A DNA stretch of 64,000 nucleotides, from NCBI GenBank assembly GCA_963830935.1, contig CAWHOC010000005.1, positions 38,023 to 102,022 of the forward strand, read 5' to 3'. This document shows, piece after piece, positions 50,727 to 60,851 of the stretch (positions are counted from its first letter, which is position 1; every line of letters begins with the position of its first letter). Below the pieces are notes generated by a model. That model searched no databases, had not been told where the DNA came from, and saw only the letters and a list, made by a program, of their open reading frames with translations. Source of the stretch: an uncultured bacterium (GTDB taxonomy: Bacteria > Patescibacteriota > Minisyncoccia > UBA6257 > 2-01-FULL-56-20). A program made the translations under genes and the position numbers.

Positions 50727-50881
50727 TAGATACTCCTTGATTGCTGTCGGTAATTATATCATTTATAATGCGCTCGTCAATTTTATCGAGTAAAAGGGGC
50801 GTGAGGAACACAAGGTATTGCCAATCTCAAAAACATATAGTAAGCTTACTGTCATTGAGCCACCCGGCTCTTTTTACTGAA

Positions 50882-51052
50882 ATGCCTTCCAAGAGCGTCA
50901 CCAAGAGGATCAAGATCACAAAGAACGGGAAGATCGTCCGCCGCCGCGGAGGGGTGGGTCATTTTAAGACCCGCAAGAGCAGCAAAATGAACCGCGATTC
51001 GCGTAAGAGCCGTTCGCTCAACATGCAGCTCAAGACACTTTTGAACAATTAA
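50882..51052 (+). CDS. rpmI: 50S ribosomal protein L35
   Basis: MPSKSVTKRIKITKNGKIVRRRGGVGHFKTRKSSKMNRDSRKSRSLN... Start taken at the internal ATG of track ORF 50741..51052. Confidence 0.8.
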   Translation: MPSKSVTKRIKITKNGKIVRRRGGVGHFKTRKSSKMNRDSRKSRSLNMQLKTLLNN

Positions 51053-51079
51053 TTTTCTCGATCACTATCCACTACCACC

Positions 51080-51433
51080 ATGCCACGCGCAAAAAGAGGA
51101 GTAAACGCACACCAGCACCGCGAGAAAACCCTTAAGTACACAAAGGGATTCAAGTGGGGCCGCAAGTCCAAGGAGCGCGCCGCCAAGGAAGCATTGCTTC
51201 ACGCGTGGAGCCACGCCTTCCGCGGCCGCAAGGAAAAGAAGCGCACCTTCCGCCAGCTCTGGACCGTCAAGATCAACGCCGCCATCCGCCCCGAAGGGAT
51301 GAACTACAGCAACTTCATCGCGGCGCTCAAAAAGGCGGGCATCAAGATCGACCGCAAGATCCTGGCCGACCTCGCCGAACACGAACCGGAAGTTTTCAAG
51401 AAAGTGGTGGCCGCCACGAAATCGGCAAAATAG
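51080..51433 (+). CDS. rplT: 50S ribosomal protein L20
   Basis: MPRAKRGVNAHQHREKTLKYTKGFKWGRKSKERAAKEALLHAWSHAFRGRKEKKRTFRQLWTVKINAAIR... Confidence 0.95.
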   Translation: MPRAKRGVNAHQHREKTLKYTKGFKWGRKSKERAAKEALLHAWSHAFRGRKEKKRTFRQLWTVKINAAIRPEGMNYSNFIAALKKAGIKIDRKILADLAEHEPEVFKKVVAATKSAK

Positions 51434-51488
51434 AACGCTACCCCGCGGGCGTTCTTCGTGAATTTAATATAGCCAGCATAAATTCGGG

Positions 51489-51518
51489 TTTTTGAAATCC
51501 CAATTTGGGATTTCAAAA
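51489..51518. repeat. palindromic repeat element, copy 2 (inverted relative to copy 1)
   Basis: tttttgaaatcccaatttgggatttcaaaa lies between the convergent rplT and NUDIX genes. It matches the reverse complement of 15812-15848 over about 26 nt. Confidence 0.5.
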
Positions 51519-51552
51519 GACAATAATATCCGGCACCACGAGCCTTTTGCTT

Positions 51553-52107
51553 TTAATGATTCTTTGGCTCTCTCGTGGGCGCGCTTGGTATCGGGTGCGC
51601 CGCCGCGCTTGCAGCTCTTGGCGCCGGGCGCTTATGCGCCGGCTTCAGATAATCGCTCGCCTGCTTCAATACCTTCCGCGTGTCGCCATACTTTTTGCCA
51701 ATCACGTTCAGCGCGTCGTGATAAAGGAACCAGCCGTAGCCGCTGTGCTCGCGCGGCTCGATACGGATGTCCGCCTTGTGCGTCTCCGCCAAAAATAAAA
51801 TGACTGTATCGTAGATCCCCTGGTTGCCGATCTTAAAATAAAATCGTTCGTACGCGCGGAAGTTCGGGAGCATGCGAAGTTCCGTTTTTTTGATCCCCGT
51901 CTCTTCCTCGAGTTCGCGCAGGGCGGTGTCGATGCTCCGTTCGCCGGGCTTGAAGTGCCCTTTCGGGAAATTCCAGTAATTGCCGCGCCGATAGAGCAGC
52001 AGGAATTTTATTCCGTCCGTCGTTTTGCGGTATACCACGAAGCCGGCCACCACCTGCTTCTTGGTCGGGATGCGCTTCGATTCGTCTATCTCACGGCTTG
52101 ACGGCAT
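51553..52107 (-). CDS. NUDIX hydrolase
   Basis: Nudix box GHFKPGERSIDTALRELEEETGI (GX5EX7REUXEEXGU). Confidence 0.8.
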   Translation of the reverse strand: MPSSREIDESKRIPTKKQVVAGFVVYRKTTDGIKFLLLYRRGNYWNFPKGHFKPGERSIDTALRELEEETGIKKTELRMLPNFRAYERFYFKIGNQGIYDTVILFLAETHKADIRIEPREHSGYGWFLYHDALNVIGKKYGDTRKVLKQASDYLKPAHKRPAPRAASAAAHPIPSAPTREPKNH

Positions 52108-52164
52108 GGGGATAGTTTACCATAAAACTATATTATGTTATAATCCCGGGCAGGAGGTAACCCC

Positions 52165-52590
52165 ATGCATTTGTGGATGGTACCGGTCTCGGCAGTGGTT
52201 ACGATCCTGGTGGGCATAGCTATTGCGGGCCTGAGACTCACCACCCCAATGACCCTTGACGAGTTGTTTGAGCGGATTCCGGCCGGCGAAATCGATGTCT
52301 TGTCCAGAATATGCGAGGCGCGCATGTACCATATCCTTGCTGATGGCATCGATGAACGTTCGCACTGTTCTCTGGTGGGGCCAACCCAAAAGCTCGTTCT
52401 TAAAGGAGAACTTCACCGGGGAAGGCTCGAAGCGTTCTTTGATAACGGTGCGCTGGTCAGCTGGGAAATAAACGGCAAGGACATACCACTGGGCAAAACG
52501 GCCTATCGCGAAAAATCGATGATGGAAACGATTCTCACGCGGGTCATGATCGCCATCGATAAACAAGAGCCGCTCCCAAAAGGCGCCTGA
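52165..52590 (+). CDS. hypothetical membrane-anchored protein
   Basis: 141 aa with an N-terminal TM segment VPVSAVVTILVGIAIAGL. Confidence 0.35.
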   Translation: MHLWMVPVSAVVTILVGIAIAGLRLTTPMTLDELFERIPAGEIDVLSRICEARMYHILADGIDERSHCSLVGPTQKLVLKGELHRGRLEAFFDNGALVSWEINGKDIPLGKTAYREKSMMETILTRVMIAIDKQEPLPKGA

Positions 52591-52612
52591 TGATCTTCAT
52601 CGGACGCCTCTT

Positions 52613-54403
52613 TTATTTCTTTTTTAAAAACGCCAACATTTTTTCGAGAGGCCACGCGTTGACGATATCTTTGCGCTCCGCCCAGCCGCGGCGCGCCTGC
52701 GCGATGCCGCATTCGAGGAATGCGAAGTGCGCCACGGCGTGCGCGTCCGAATCGATGCTCATCTTCACTTCGGCCTCCACACACTTGCGGATGTGCTCAT
52801 CTTTGAGATCGCTGCGCTCGGGAAGCGCGTCGATCTCCATGATCGTGCCGGTCTTCTTTGCCGTCGCTGATGATCTCGTCAATATCGATATCGATCGGCG
52901 GCCGCTTGTTGATGAGTCGTCCGGTGGGATGGAAGAGTATGTCCACGTGCGGGTTCGATATCGCGCGAACGACGCGTGCGGTCTGTTCCGCGCGCGGTAA
53001 AGTAAAGAACGAGTGCACCGACACACCGACGACATCCAGTTTTGAAAGCGTCTCGTCATCCAAGTCGAGCGTGCCGTCTTTCAAAATATCGCACTCGGTG
53101 CCTTTCAATATTTTTATTTTGCCCGCCAGTTTTTTGTTGACCGCGTCGATCTCTTTCCATTGCGCGCGGATGCGTTTTTCGTCGAGGCCGTGCGTCATCG
53201 CAAGGCGCTTCGTATGATCCGTGATCACGATATACTTCAGCCCGCGCGCGGCGGCGGCTTTGGCCATCGCTTCAATAGAATCGGCGCCATCGGTCCAGTT
53301 GGTCTGCGTTTGGAGATCACCTTGGAGATCACCGTAGCCGATCAGCTTCGGCAGGCCAGGTTTCTTCGTTCGAACTCGCGATCGCGGCCTGCACTTCGCC
53401 GGTGTTCTCGCGCAATTCCGGCTCTGGGTATGCCATGCTTTAATGCTTTATAAACGTCTTCTTCCGTGCGGCCTGCCACGCGCGTGCCCTCCTGCTCCGC
53501 GCCTTTTTTGGTAGCCCTTTTTTGATCTTGAAGAGGCCGTACTCGTTGAGCGTGAGGCCGAGGTCGTTCGCGCGCTTGCGGATCACGACGTTGTGATCTT
53601 TGGAGCCGGTAAAATAGTTGAGCGCGGCGCCGTAACGACTCCGCCGGCACGACGCGCAAGTCGATGTTCAGTCCCGGCGTACTTTGATCGATGACTTCGT
53701 CGGACCTTTCGCGATGACCGTCATGATGCCGGCGATCTTCGTCGATAAAATAATCCATGATCGCTTCGGGTTTGGATGGACACGGCAAGGATGTCGAGAT
53801 CGCCCATCGTTTCCTTCCGCCGCCGCGCGGAACCGGCGACGGTCACCTTTGAAACGCCCGGCACGCTCGCCGATGCCGCTTCTCAAGGTTGCGCACTCGA
53901 TTAAACATGTAACCGATGATGAACCGCACGCCCGAGCCCTTCGCAAACTCGATCCCTTTCAAAATCTTCTCCTCGCTCTTTTTGCCGAATCCTTCAAGCA
54001 CACCGATCTTCCCCTTCTTCGCGGCGGCCTCGAGGTCTTTCAGATTCTTCACGCCGAGTTCTTGATATAACTTCTGGATGGATTTTGGCCCGAGCCCTTC
54101 CACGCGGGCGAGCTCGTCCAGGCGCACCGGCGTTGCCTTCTTCAACTTTTCATATTCCGTACTGCGCCCTTTCGTCACAAGCTCCTCTATTATCTCCGCG
54201 ATGGACTGTCCCACGCCGGGAATTTCTTTCAGCGCCTTGATACCGCCGCGCGCGTAGATTGCCGACACTTCTTCCTCTAGCGCGCCCACCGTCTCCGCCG
54301 CCTTCTCAAACGCGCGCGGCTTGAATTGCACGTGTTGCATCTCTAAATATTCGCCGATCTGGCGCAGGACTTCGGAGACGGATTGATTTGAGGCGGACAT
54401 CAT
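52613..54403 (-). CDS. DNA polymerase X family with C-terminal PHP domain, fragmented by at least 4 frameshifts
   Basis: 53843..54403 has the N-terminal HhH/8-kDa and fingers region ([13 protein letters not shown]..., [22 protein letters not shown]). 53342..53788 has the palm ([10 protein letters not shown]...). 52797..53267 and 52613..53059 carry the PHP motifs ([24 protein letters not shown]). Confidence 0.75.
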
Positions 54404-54406
54404 TTA

Positions 54407-55399
54407 TTAATTTGCACTACAAGTAACATTACTGCACAATATCCCCGTTTTGGCGTTATATGATTTATTCAATGAGGAACCCTGTATATTCACATTCCAT
54501 ACTGGTGCGCCGTTATATACATTCAAACTAACATATAATGAAATACTAGAATTACCATTAAGTGCCGTCTTGAGATACTCTAGTCCCCCGGTAGACATAA
54601 ATTCATTAACTACTTCTGACGAACCAATCGTCCATGGAGGTATTTCTGTTTCAAATCCCTGAGCAATAGGGGGAGTGGCAGTATATTGGTCGGGAACTGT
54701 TCCTCCATTATCATTCCACGCATATCCAATTCCATCGGTAGCGGTTGTCGGAAAATAAAATCCGTAAGTCCTCTGAATGCCCTGAAATGAACCTATAGTG
54801 CAACGATAATCCAGTTGGGTGAGAGCGCCATTCGTGGCATCCAAATGATAATTTTCCATTATATTTTTTAATGCGCCGGCAATGTTTGCCATATCTTGCG
54901 AATAAGTTTGCCCTAATGAGTCACATACTGAGATAGACGCACTCGTGTCCGGGGTTGCTACGATCTCCGTTTTAACCGTTGGAGCGGGGAAAACCCATCC
55001 TGTCCAGGCGAACGAAGCCCCATAAACAATGACTGAAGAAATAATAATTACCCCGATGGCACCGACCACTCTTACCCAAGACCGAATACTTTCCGATGTC
55101 AAAACCGCGAGAGGGATTGCAGGCGAGATGAGTAAAACACAAATTGGGAAAAGAATAATAAAAAGGAGCCCTCCTACCCCCTGAGCGCCATTGGGACCCA
55201 AAGAGTTTACGAGTTCCACAAAGACCATGAGGATGGCCGTTATAATAATACCGACCTCCGAAGCCCTCAATAGAGGGAGGGTTTCTTTATGCCTTTTTGC
55301 GAAAATATAGAAAGCAAGAATAGTAATGCCGTAGCCTAAAATAAAACTTATGGCGAGACCATCCCAAGAAAAAGCTCCCATTAGCTTGAATAATAACAC
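54407..55399 (-). CDS. membrane protein with large extracytoplasmic C-terminal domain, function unknown
   Basis: About 5 N-terminal TM helices, then a T/S/N/G-rich domain. AT-rich 3' half. Confidence 0.4.
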   Translation of the reverse strand: MLLFKLMGAFSWDGLAISFILGYGITILAFYIFAKRHKETLPLLRASEVGIIITAILMVFVELVNSLGPNGAQGVGGLLFIILFPICVLLISPAIPLAVLTSESIRSWVRVVGAIGVIIISSVIVYGASFAWTGWVFPAPTVKTEIVATPDTSASISVCDSLGQTYSQDMANIAGALKNIMENYHLDATNGALTQLDYRCTIGSFQGIQRTYGFYFPTTATDGIGYAWNDNGGTVPDQYTATPPIAQGFETEIPPWTIGSSEVVNEFMSTGGLEYLKTALNGNSSISLYVSLNVYNGAPVWNVNIQGSSLNKSYNAKTGILCSNVTCSAN

Positions 55400-55407
55400 A
55401 CTGAGAT

Positions 55408-56085
55408 TTACGCCACCGTGTCCCCCGGCTTCCGCTCCTCTGCGGTCTCGGCGGCGTTCACCGCGGCGCGCGTTGAGGTCGTCGGCTTCGGCAGGATCAG
55501 ATCCGGCACGGCAAGGAGCACGAACGCGGCGATGAATGCCATGATGCCGGCGCCCACAAAGACCACATTGTAACCAAGCGTGCCGGCGATGACACCGCCG
55601 AGGAATCCGGCGACGCCCGCGCCCACACCACTCACCGACGAATCAAGCGACCAATCGAGCGAGATCGCATTCTTGTCCAGGTGCCGCGAATAGATAGTGG
55701 GCCACGATGCGTAATAGAACGCGAAAGCGATGGCCTGGACCGCGTGGATAAGATAGAGTTCCCACACCCGCGTGACCCAGCACATCGCGATCGCGGAAAT
55801 GCCGACGAGCAGCAATCCGCCGACGAGCGCCATAAAATCGTCATGTTCGCCGGGCGTACTGTCGAGATAGTTCGCGATGGGAATTTGTGCGACGGAGCGG
55901 ACGATCCAGTAGATCGCCGCCGCGATGCCGATGACCATGAGCGATCCTCCCACCACACGCTGGATGATGAACACGGAGAACACCGGATCGATCAGCCCCC
56001 ATCCGGCAAGTAAAAAGAAATCCGAGATCACGAAAAACTTCACCACCCGGCCCACCTTTACATTGATATTTACTTTAATGCGCAT
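55408..56085 (-). CDS. 6-TM membrane protein (MFS-half-like)
   Basis: 225 aa with six predicted helices. No signature motif recognised. Confidence 0.4.
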   Translation of the reverse strand: MRIKVNINVKVGRVVKFFVISDFFLLAGWGLIDPVFSVFIIQRVVGGSLMVIGIAAAIYWIVRSVAQIPIANYLDSTPGEHDDFMALVGGLLLVGISAIAMCWVTRVWELYLIHAVQAIAFAFYYASWPTIYSRHLDKNAISLDWSLDSSVSGVGAGVAGFLGGVIAGTLGYNVVFVGAGIMAFIAAFVLLAVPDLILPKPTTSTRAAVNAAETAEERKPGDTVA

Positions 56086-56115
56086 AGTTTCTTTCTCTTA
56101 TTATACTGATTAGCG

Positions 56116-56193
56116 AAACAGAAGCGATGTCTTTTTATACGCTCACCGTCCTCGTGTGGCATTTGCGTATAAAAAGGACATCGCTTCTGTTTC
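56116..56193. repeat. long-stem hairpin, copy B of the conserved-loop family; overlaps the stop codon of the Clp ATPase gene
   Basis: gaaacagaagcgatgtctttttatacgc - TCACCGTCCTCGTGTGGCATT(t) - gcgtataaaaaggacatcgcttctgtttc. It has the same loop as copy A and an unrelated stem. Confidence 0.55.
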
Positions 56194-58708
56194 ACGCTTG
56201 GTTTACAAAATCGAATTTGTCATCTTTCACCACGCACTGCACCTTCGCGCCCTTTGCGATCTTCTTGGAGAGCAACGCCTCGGAGAGCGGCGCGCGGATG
56301 TATTCATCGATGGCGCGCCGGAGCGGCCGCGCGCCGTACGCGGGGTCGTAGCCAAGCTTGGCGATTTTCCCGACGGCATCGGGACTGAACGAAAGTATGA
56401 TTCCCTGCTCGTGCAGGGCGGCGGTGAGTTCGCTCAAATTGATGTTCACGATCTGCGGAAGCTGGGCAAGCTCCAGGTTCCGGAACACGATGATCTTCGA
56501 AAATCGGTTGAGAAGTTCCGGCTTCAGTACATCCACAAGCCGCGCCCTCAAATAATCCGCGATCTCCGCCATGGACTGCCCTTTCGCGAGCGCATCGTTG
56601 ATGATGTCCGAGTGCGCGTTCGAAGTGGCGATCACGATCGTGTTCGTAAAATCGATGACGCGGCTCATGTTGTCCGTGAGACGGCCGTCATCCAATACTT
56701 GCAGGAACAAATTTAAAATATCCGGGTACGCCTTCTCAAACTCGTCGAGGAGCACCAGGCTGTATGGCTTTTCGCGCACGGCGTCGGTGAGCGCGCCGCG
56801 CACGGTGCCGTCCGGCGATCCGATAAAGCGGAAGAAGCTCGTCTTATCCTGATACTCCGTCATGTCAAAACGGACCATCAGTTTCTCCGAGCCGAATTGG
56901 ATCTCCGCGAGCTGTTTCGCGAGCTCCGTTTTTCCGACGCCGGTCGGCCCCACAAAAAGGAAGCTCGCAATCGGACCGCCCTTGCGCGCGAGGCCGCTCC
57001 GGTATTCACGCAATGCCTGCGCGACGGCCTTGACCGCCTCGTCCTGCCCGATGATGCGCTCGTGGATGATGTCCTCCATGTGCAACAGCGTCTCCGCTTC
57101 ATTTCCCTCCGCCTCGTGCATAGGGATGTTCACCTTCTCTTCGGCGACGGCCGTCACGCGGTCGGGCGTCACCACTTTCTCCCCGCGCCGCTCGGCGTCC
57201 ACGACGGCGCTCTTCAGCAGCTCCTCGGCGCTCGAGGGAAGGTGCTTATCGTGCAGATATTTCTTCGCGAGCACCACCGCGCGCTTGATCGCGCCAAAGC
57301 TCACCGCGATCTTGGATCGCCGCTCAAGCAAAAAACTTTCGTAGATCAGGATCTTTTCGGCGTCCGCCTCATTGATCTCGTTCACCATGATCGTCTCGAA
57401 GTTCCCGACGAAGTCGCTGCGCGGCTCGATGAACTCCTTGAACTCGTGCGGGTAGGACGTGCCCACGATCGGGAACCGGTTCGAGGTGATGACGGACATC
57501 AAGGCATCCGCCGCGGAAAGGTACGCGGCGCCCGAGGTGCGTACAAGATTATGGATGTCGGGAATAAAGAGGATGATGTTCCCCGCGGTAAGGATCTCAT
57601 CCACCACGTTCTTTAGGCGGGCGTTCAATTCCTCCGGCGCGGCGCCAGCGATAAGGTTCTGCATCTGCAGACCGACGAGGCGCCGGTCGAACAGTCCTTC
57701 GGGAACATCGTCCTTCGTCAGGCAATAGGCAAGATGCCGGATGATGGCCTCCTTCCCGCTTCCCGGCTCGCCGATGAGGATCGCGTTCGGATCGATGGGC
57801 TTGCCGATCGCCTCGATGAGATGCTCGTACTCCTGTTCGTGGCCGATGAGAAATCCCGCCTGGGCGTCCCGCGCGAGATCGGTATAGTCAATGCCATACT
57901 TGTCGAGCACCGGCGTCGGGCGCGATGTCCACGCGCGGTTCATGATGCGATGCGGGATCACGCGGTGGGTCTCCATCGCGAATCCGCCCACCACGTCCGG
58001 GAGCCGCGAGAACGGCCCGATCCTCGTGGCGAGCGCGCTGAAAATGAGCGCGCGCTCAAGATCGCCTTCTTCTATATTGAACAGCGAGAAGAGCCGGTCG
58101 AGCGACTCGTCCGCCATCGCGGGGAGCGCCGAAAAGAGGTCCGACGGCGTGATGAACTCGTGCCCCGCGCCCGCCGCGGAGGCGAACGCGCGCGCGGCGA
58201 GCGGCGTCATAACGTCGGCATACGCCTTCCCCGGCGGCGCGGCGGGGTCTTGCATCAGCGTGTCGAGTTTTGCCTTGAATGCTTTCGGGTCCACGTCCAG
58301 GCGCTGAAGGCCGTTCTGCACCTGGGGAAGTTCGAACAGGCGGCCGGTGAGCTCAAGGATGAAGTTCTTTTTTGTGATGATGCAACGGTCTACCGCGCGC
58401 TCGAGCATGGCGAACGCCGCCGCGTTCATCGTTTCGGCAAGATTCACCCTTCCCGCTTTCGGCAGTTCGGAGATCGGCGTATCACCTTCGCCGCGGTGGA
58501 TCAGGAGGTCGATGAGCACGAGCACGAGAAATATCCCGACATAGAACAGGGTGGGAATATCGCGGGCAAGGAGGAACACGAATGTCGCGACGACGATCAC
58601 AAGGTAGGAAACATAACTGACCACGCGGACGAGCATCCTTCCCGCGATCGTCATGCGCAGGCGCGCGTCGTCAAAATAAAGATCGTACTTAGAGATGTTT
58701 TGCGGCAT
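56192..58708 (-). CDS. membrane-anchored Clp/Hsp100-family AAA+ ATPase with degenerate D1 and intact D2
   Basis: N-terminal hydrophobic helices (RMLVRVVSYVSYLVIVVATFVFLLA, LFYVGIFLVLVLIDLLI). D1 has Walker A GEPGSGKE and Walker B ILFIPDIH, both non-canonical. D2 has GPTGVGKT and LVLLDEFEKA. C-terminal Clp small domain (ARPLRRAI). Start taken at an internal ATG to limit overlap with the upstream gene. Confidence 0.75.
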   Translation of the reverse strand: MPQNISKYDLYFDDARLRMTIAGRMLVRVVSYVSYLVIVVATFVFLLARDIPTLFYVGIFLVLVLIDLLIHRGEGDTPISELPKAGRVNLAETMNAAAFAMLERAVDRCIITKKNFILELTGRLFELPQVQNGLQRLDVDPKAFKAKLDTLMQDPAAPPGKAYADVMTPLAARAFASAAGAGHEFITPSDLFSALPAMADESLDRLFSLFNIEEGDLERALIFSALATRIGPFSRLPDVVGGFAMETHRVIPHRIMNRAWTSRPTPVLDKYGIDYTDLARDAQAGFLIGHEQEYEHLIEAIGKPIDPNAILIGEPGSGKEAIIRHLAYCLTKDDVPEGLFDRRLVGLQMQNLIAGAAPEELNARLKNVVDEILTAGNIILFIPDIHNLVRTSGAAYLSAADALMSVITSNRFPIVGTSYPHEFKEFIEPRSDFVGNFETIMVNEINEADAEKILIYESFLLERRSKIAVSFGAIKRAVVLAKKYLHDKHLPSSAEELLKSAVVDAERRGEKVVTPDRVTAVAEEKVNIPMHEAEGNEAETLLHMEDIIHERIIGQDEAVKAVAQALREYRSGLARKGGPIASFLFVGPTGVGKTELAKQLAEIQFGSEKLMVRFDMTEYQDKTSFFRFIGSPDGTVRGALTDAVREKPYSLVLLDEFEKAYPDILNLFLQVLDDGRLTDNMSRVIDFTNTIVIATSNAHSDIINDALAKGQSMAEIADYLRARLVDVLKPELLNRFSKIIVFRNLELAQLPQIVNINLSELTAALHEQGIILSFSPDAVGKIAKLGYDPAYGARPLRRAIDEYIRAPLSEALLSKKIAKGAKVQCVVKDDKFDFVNQA

Positions 58709-59036
58709 AGAAAAGGATGACGGCGGGAATGGCAATCCATATGATGTAGATGAAGGCGAACACGATCGCAATCAAGAGATAAAATATGCCGCCGATCGCC
58801 ACACGCCCCGCCCGGAACACGATTCCGAGGATCCTGCCGATCACGCTGTAATCCTTATAGAGCGGCTCGAAGAAATGCCGCAGGGTGATGGCGACCGCGA
58901 ACGATTGGTCCGCGGCGGTGATCGCTCCCATAAAACGCCGCGCGATCATGCGCGACCCGTCAACATACCAATGATGAAAAAAGTCCACAAAGCGGTAGAA
59001 AAACCGCCGGGCAAGATAGACGACCGAAAAATCCAT
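58689..59036 (-). CDS. small membrane protein
   Basis: 115-aa track ORF with two C-terminal TM helices. Confidence 0.4.
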   Translation of the reverse strand: MDFSVVYLARRFFYRFVDFFHHWYVDGSRMIARRFMGAITAADQSFAVAITLRHFFEPLYKDYSVIGRILGIVFRAGRVAIGGIFYLLIAIVFAFIYIIWIAIPAVILFYAAKHL

Positions 59037-59039
59037 GCC

Positions 59040-59618
59040 TTAATGATACCACTCTATCGCCCCAAATTCGCCCGAAAGCACGCTCGGGATCTTCTTGAAA
59101 TCGCCGCGAAGCGTCTCCATCATTTGCGTGGAACGGAGCGCCGCAGCGGGGTGGTATACGGGGAATATCGTCCTGCCGTCCACAAGGAGCAGCCGGCCGT
59201 GGTCACGCGTGATCTTCGCTTCCGGCAAAAAATAATTCATCGAGAACCGCCCGAGCGTGACGATCAGTTTCGGGTCGATCACCTCGATCTGGCGCGTGAG
59301 ATAGGGTTTATACGCTTCGATCTCATCGGGGAACGGATCACGATTTTCCGGCGGCCGGCGCTTTACGATGTTCGTGATATAGACTTCTTCGCGCTTCCAG
59401 CCGAGTCCGCGGATCATGTCGTCGAGCAATTGTCCGCCGCGCCCGACGAACGGCCGGCGCAGGCGGTCTTCGTTCACGCCCGGCGCTTCGCCGATGAACA
59501 TCACCGCGCAATCAATATTCCCTTCCCCGAACACAAGGTTCGCCGTATCGCGGAGCGGGAGCGCGGCGTTGGCCGCCATCTCGCTCTCGATCTTTTTCAA
59601 TTCCGCCGCTTTATCCAT
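59040..59618 (-). CDS. uracil-DNA glycosylase, family 4
   Basis: GEGNIDCAVMFIGEAPG (GEAPG motif A) and ...HPAAALR (motif B-like). Start taken at MDKAAEL. Confidence 0.8.
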   Translation of the reverse strand: MDKAAELKKIESEMAANAALPLRDTANLVFGEGNIDCAVMFIGEAPGVNEDRLRRPFVGRGGQLLDDMIRGLGWKREEVYITNIVKRRPPENRDPFPDEIEAYKPYLTRQIEVIDPKLIVTLGRFSMNYFLPEAKITRDHGRLLLVDGRTIFPVYHPAAALRSTQMMETLRGDFKKIPSVLSGEFGAIEWYH

Positions 59619-59693
59619 ACGAGCATTATAGCGTACTCGCGCCGCGATCATAAAAACACCCGCTCCAAAGGAGCGGGCGTTTTATTTTTATTG

Positions 59694-59942
59694 CTATTGC
59701 TGATAGGCCTGAAGCTTTTGCGAAAATGCGCTGAGGTCGCCGGAGAGCTGTGCCTCGCCCTGCGGGCTCGGGTTCGCGCTGTACTGCGCGTCCCACTGCT
59801 GCAACTCCGCGCTGAACTGCGAAAGGTCGTTATTGAGCGCCACCGTATCCACCTGCTTCGGTCGGGTAAAGATGTAGACCAGCAATCCGATCACCACCAC
59901 CGCAAGCACGATCGAAGTGTACATATAGATATTTTTTGTCAT
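59694..59942 (-). CDS. small N-terminally anchored protein
   Basis: 82 aa with a TM segment IVLAVVVIGLLVYIF, followed by a Q-rich coiled segment. Confidence 0.35.
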   Translation of the reverse strand: MTKNIYMYTSIVLAVVVIGLLVYIFTRPKQVDTVALNNDLSQFSAELQQWDAQYSANPSPQGEAQLSGDLSAFSQKLQAYQQ

Positions 59943-59972
59943 GCTATGTAATACGACGCACCGGCAAAAACG

Positions 59973-60851
59973 TTAAAGGTCCAAGGTTGAGGTAACCGCC
60001 ACGTCGCTGTCGTCGGCGTGTATGGGCGAGGAAGTGGCGCTGCCACCCAATAAATGATGATCGTGCCGGGTTCCGCCATATCGCGATTGCGAAGTGGGCG
60101 GGATGAACGAGGCCGGGCGCCCGGACGACGACGCGCTGTCACACTGCTCATTGAACTCGGCGAATCCGTTCGCGCGATGGGCGAGCGTTGCTTCCAAGTG
60201 TCCGATGAGAACGCCCGACGTGCTCACGTCGAACGCATTGCAATAGACACCGAGCGACCCTTCATCAGCCGATGTTGATGCCACCACTGGCGATGATGTC
60301 GCGAGTGTGGCCGCCATAATAATGGAGGATGTTGACGACGTCGCTTCCCCGCCGCCGGTGGAAGTGTTTTCCGCGAGTGCGCCGAGTGATGTATTAATAT
60401 CTTGATCGAGGTCGGACGTCAGTTGCGGAATGAGCGTGCTCGACGGCGCCGCCACCTGGAGCGCCGCGATCTCATCCGCGCGGCGCACGGCAAAGGTCGC
60501 CTGCAGCTGGGGCTTTTCGGATGCGGGCGCAAGAGCAACTTGCACGTTCTCGCTAAGCCGCTTCAGCGGATAGAGTGGGTTCGTGGCGGAAACATTCGCG
60601 GTATCGGCATATGCGGAAAGCCCCACACCAACGCAGAACATAGCAAGGGCGCCGATGCCAACCTTAAAGAAAGCGCTTATATATGTCGGTCGATCGGCCA
60701 CAGAACGGCGCGCGTTGCGTGCGCCCTCGCTCGCATCAAAAGCCGCCAGGAATCGTTCCTTGCCCTGTGCGACGAATTCCTGCCGCGGCGCGAGGCTCTT
60801 TTTCGCGTCGCGCGGAAGGTTTTTAGTTTTTGATGAAGTGAAAAATCTCAT
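59973..60851 (-). CDS. putative anti-sigma factor (single-pass membrane protein with T/S-rich extracytoplasmic domain)
   Basis: Immediately downstream of, and overlapping, the ECF sigma factor gene. Central TM segment IGALAMFCVGVGL. Confidence 0.45.
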   Translation of the reverse strand: MRFFTSSKTKNLPRDAKKSLAPRQEFVAQGKERFLAAFDASEGARNARRSVADRPTYISAFFKVGIGALAMFCVGVGLSAYADTANVSATNPLYPLKRLSENVQVALAPASEKPQLQATFAVRRADEIAALQVAAPSSTLIPQLTSDLDQDINTSLGALAENTSTGGGEATSSTSSIIMAATLATSSPVVASTSADEGSLGVYCNAFDVSTSGVLIGHLEATLAHRANGFAEFNEQCDSASSSGRPASFIPPTSQSRYGGTRHDHHLLGGSATSSPIHADDSDVAVTSTLDL

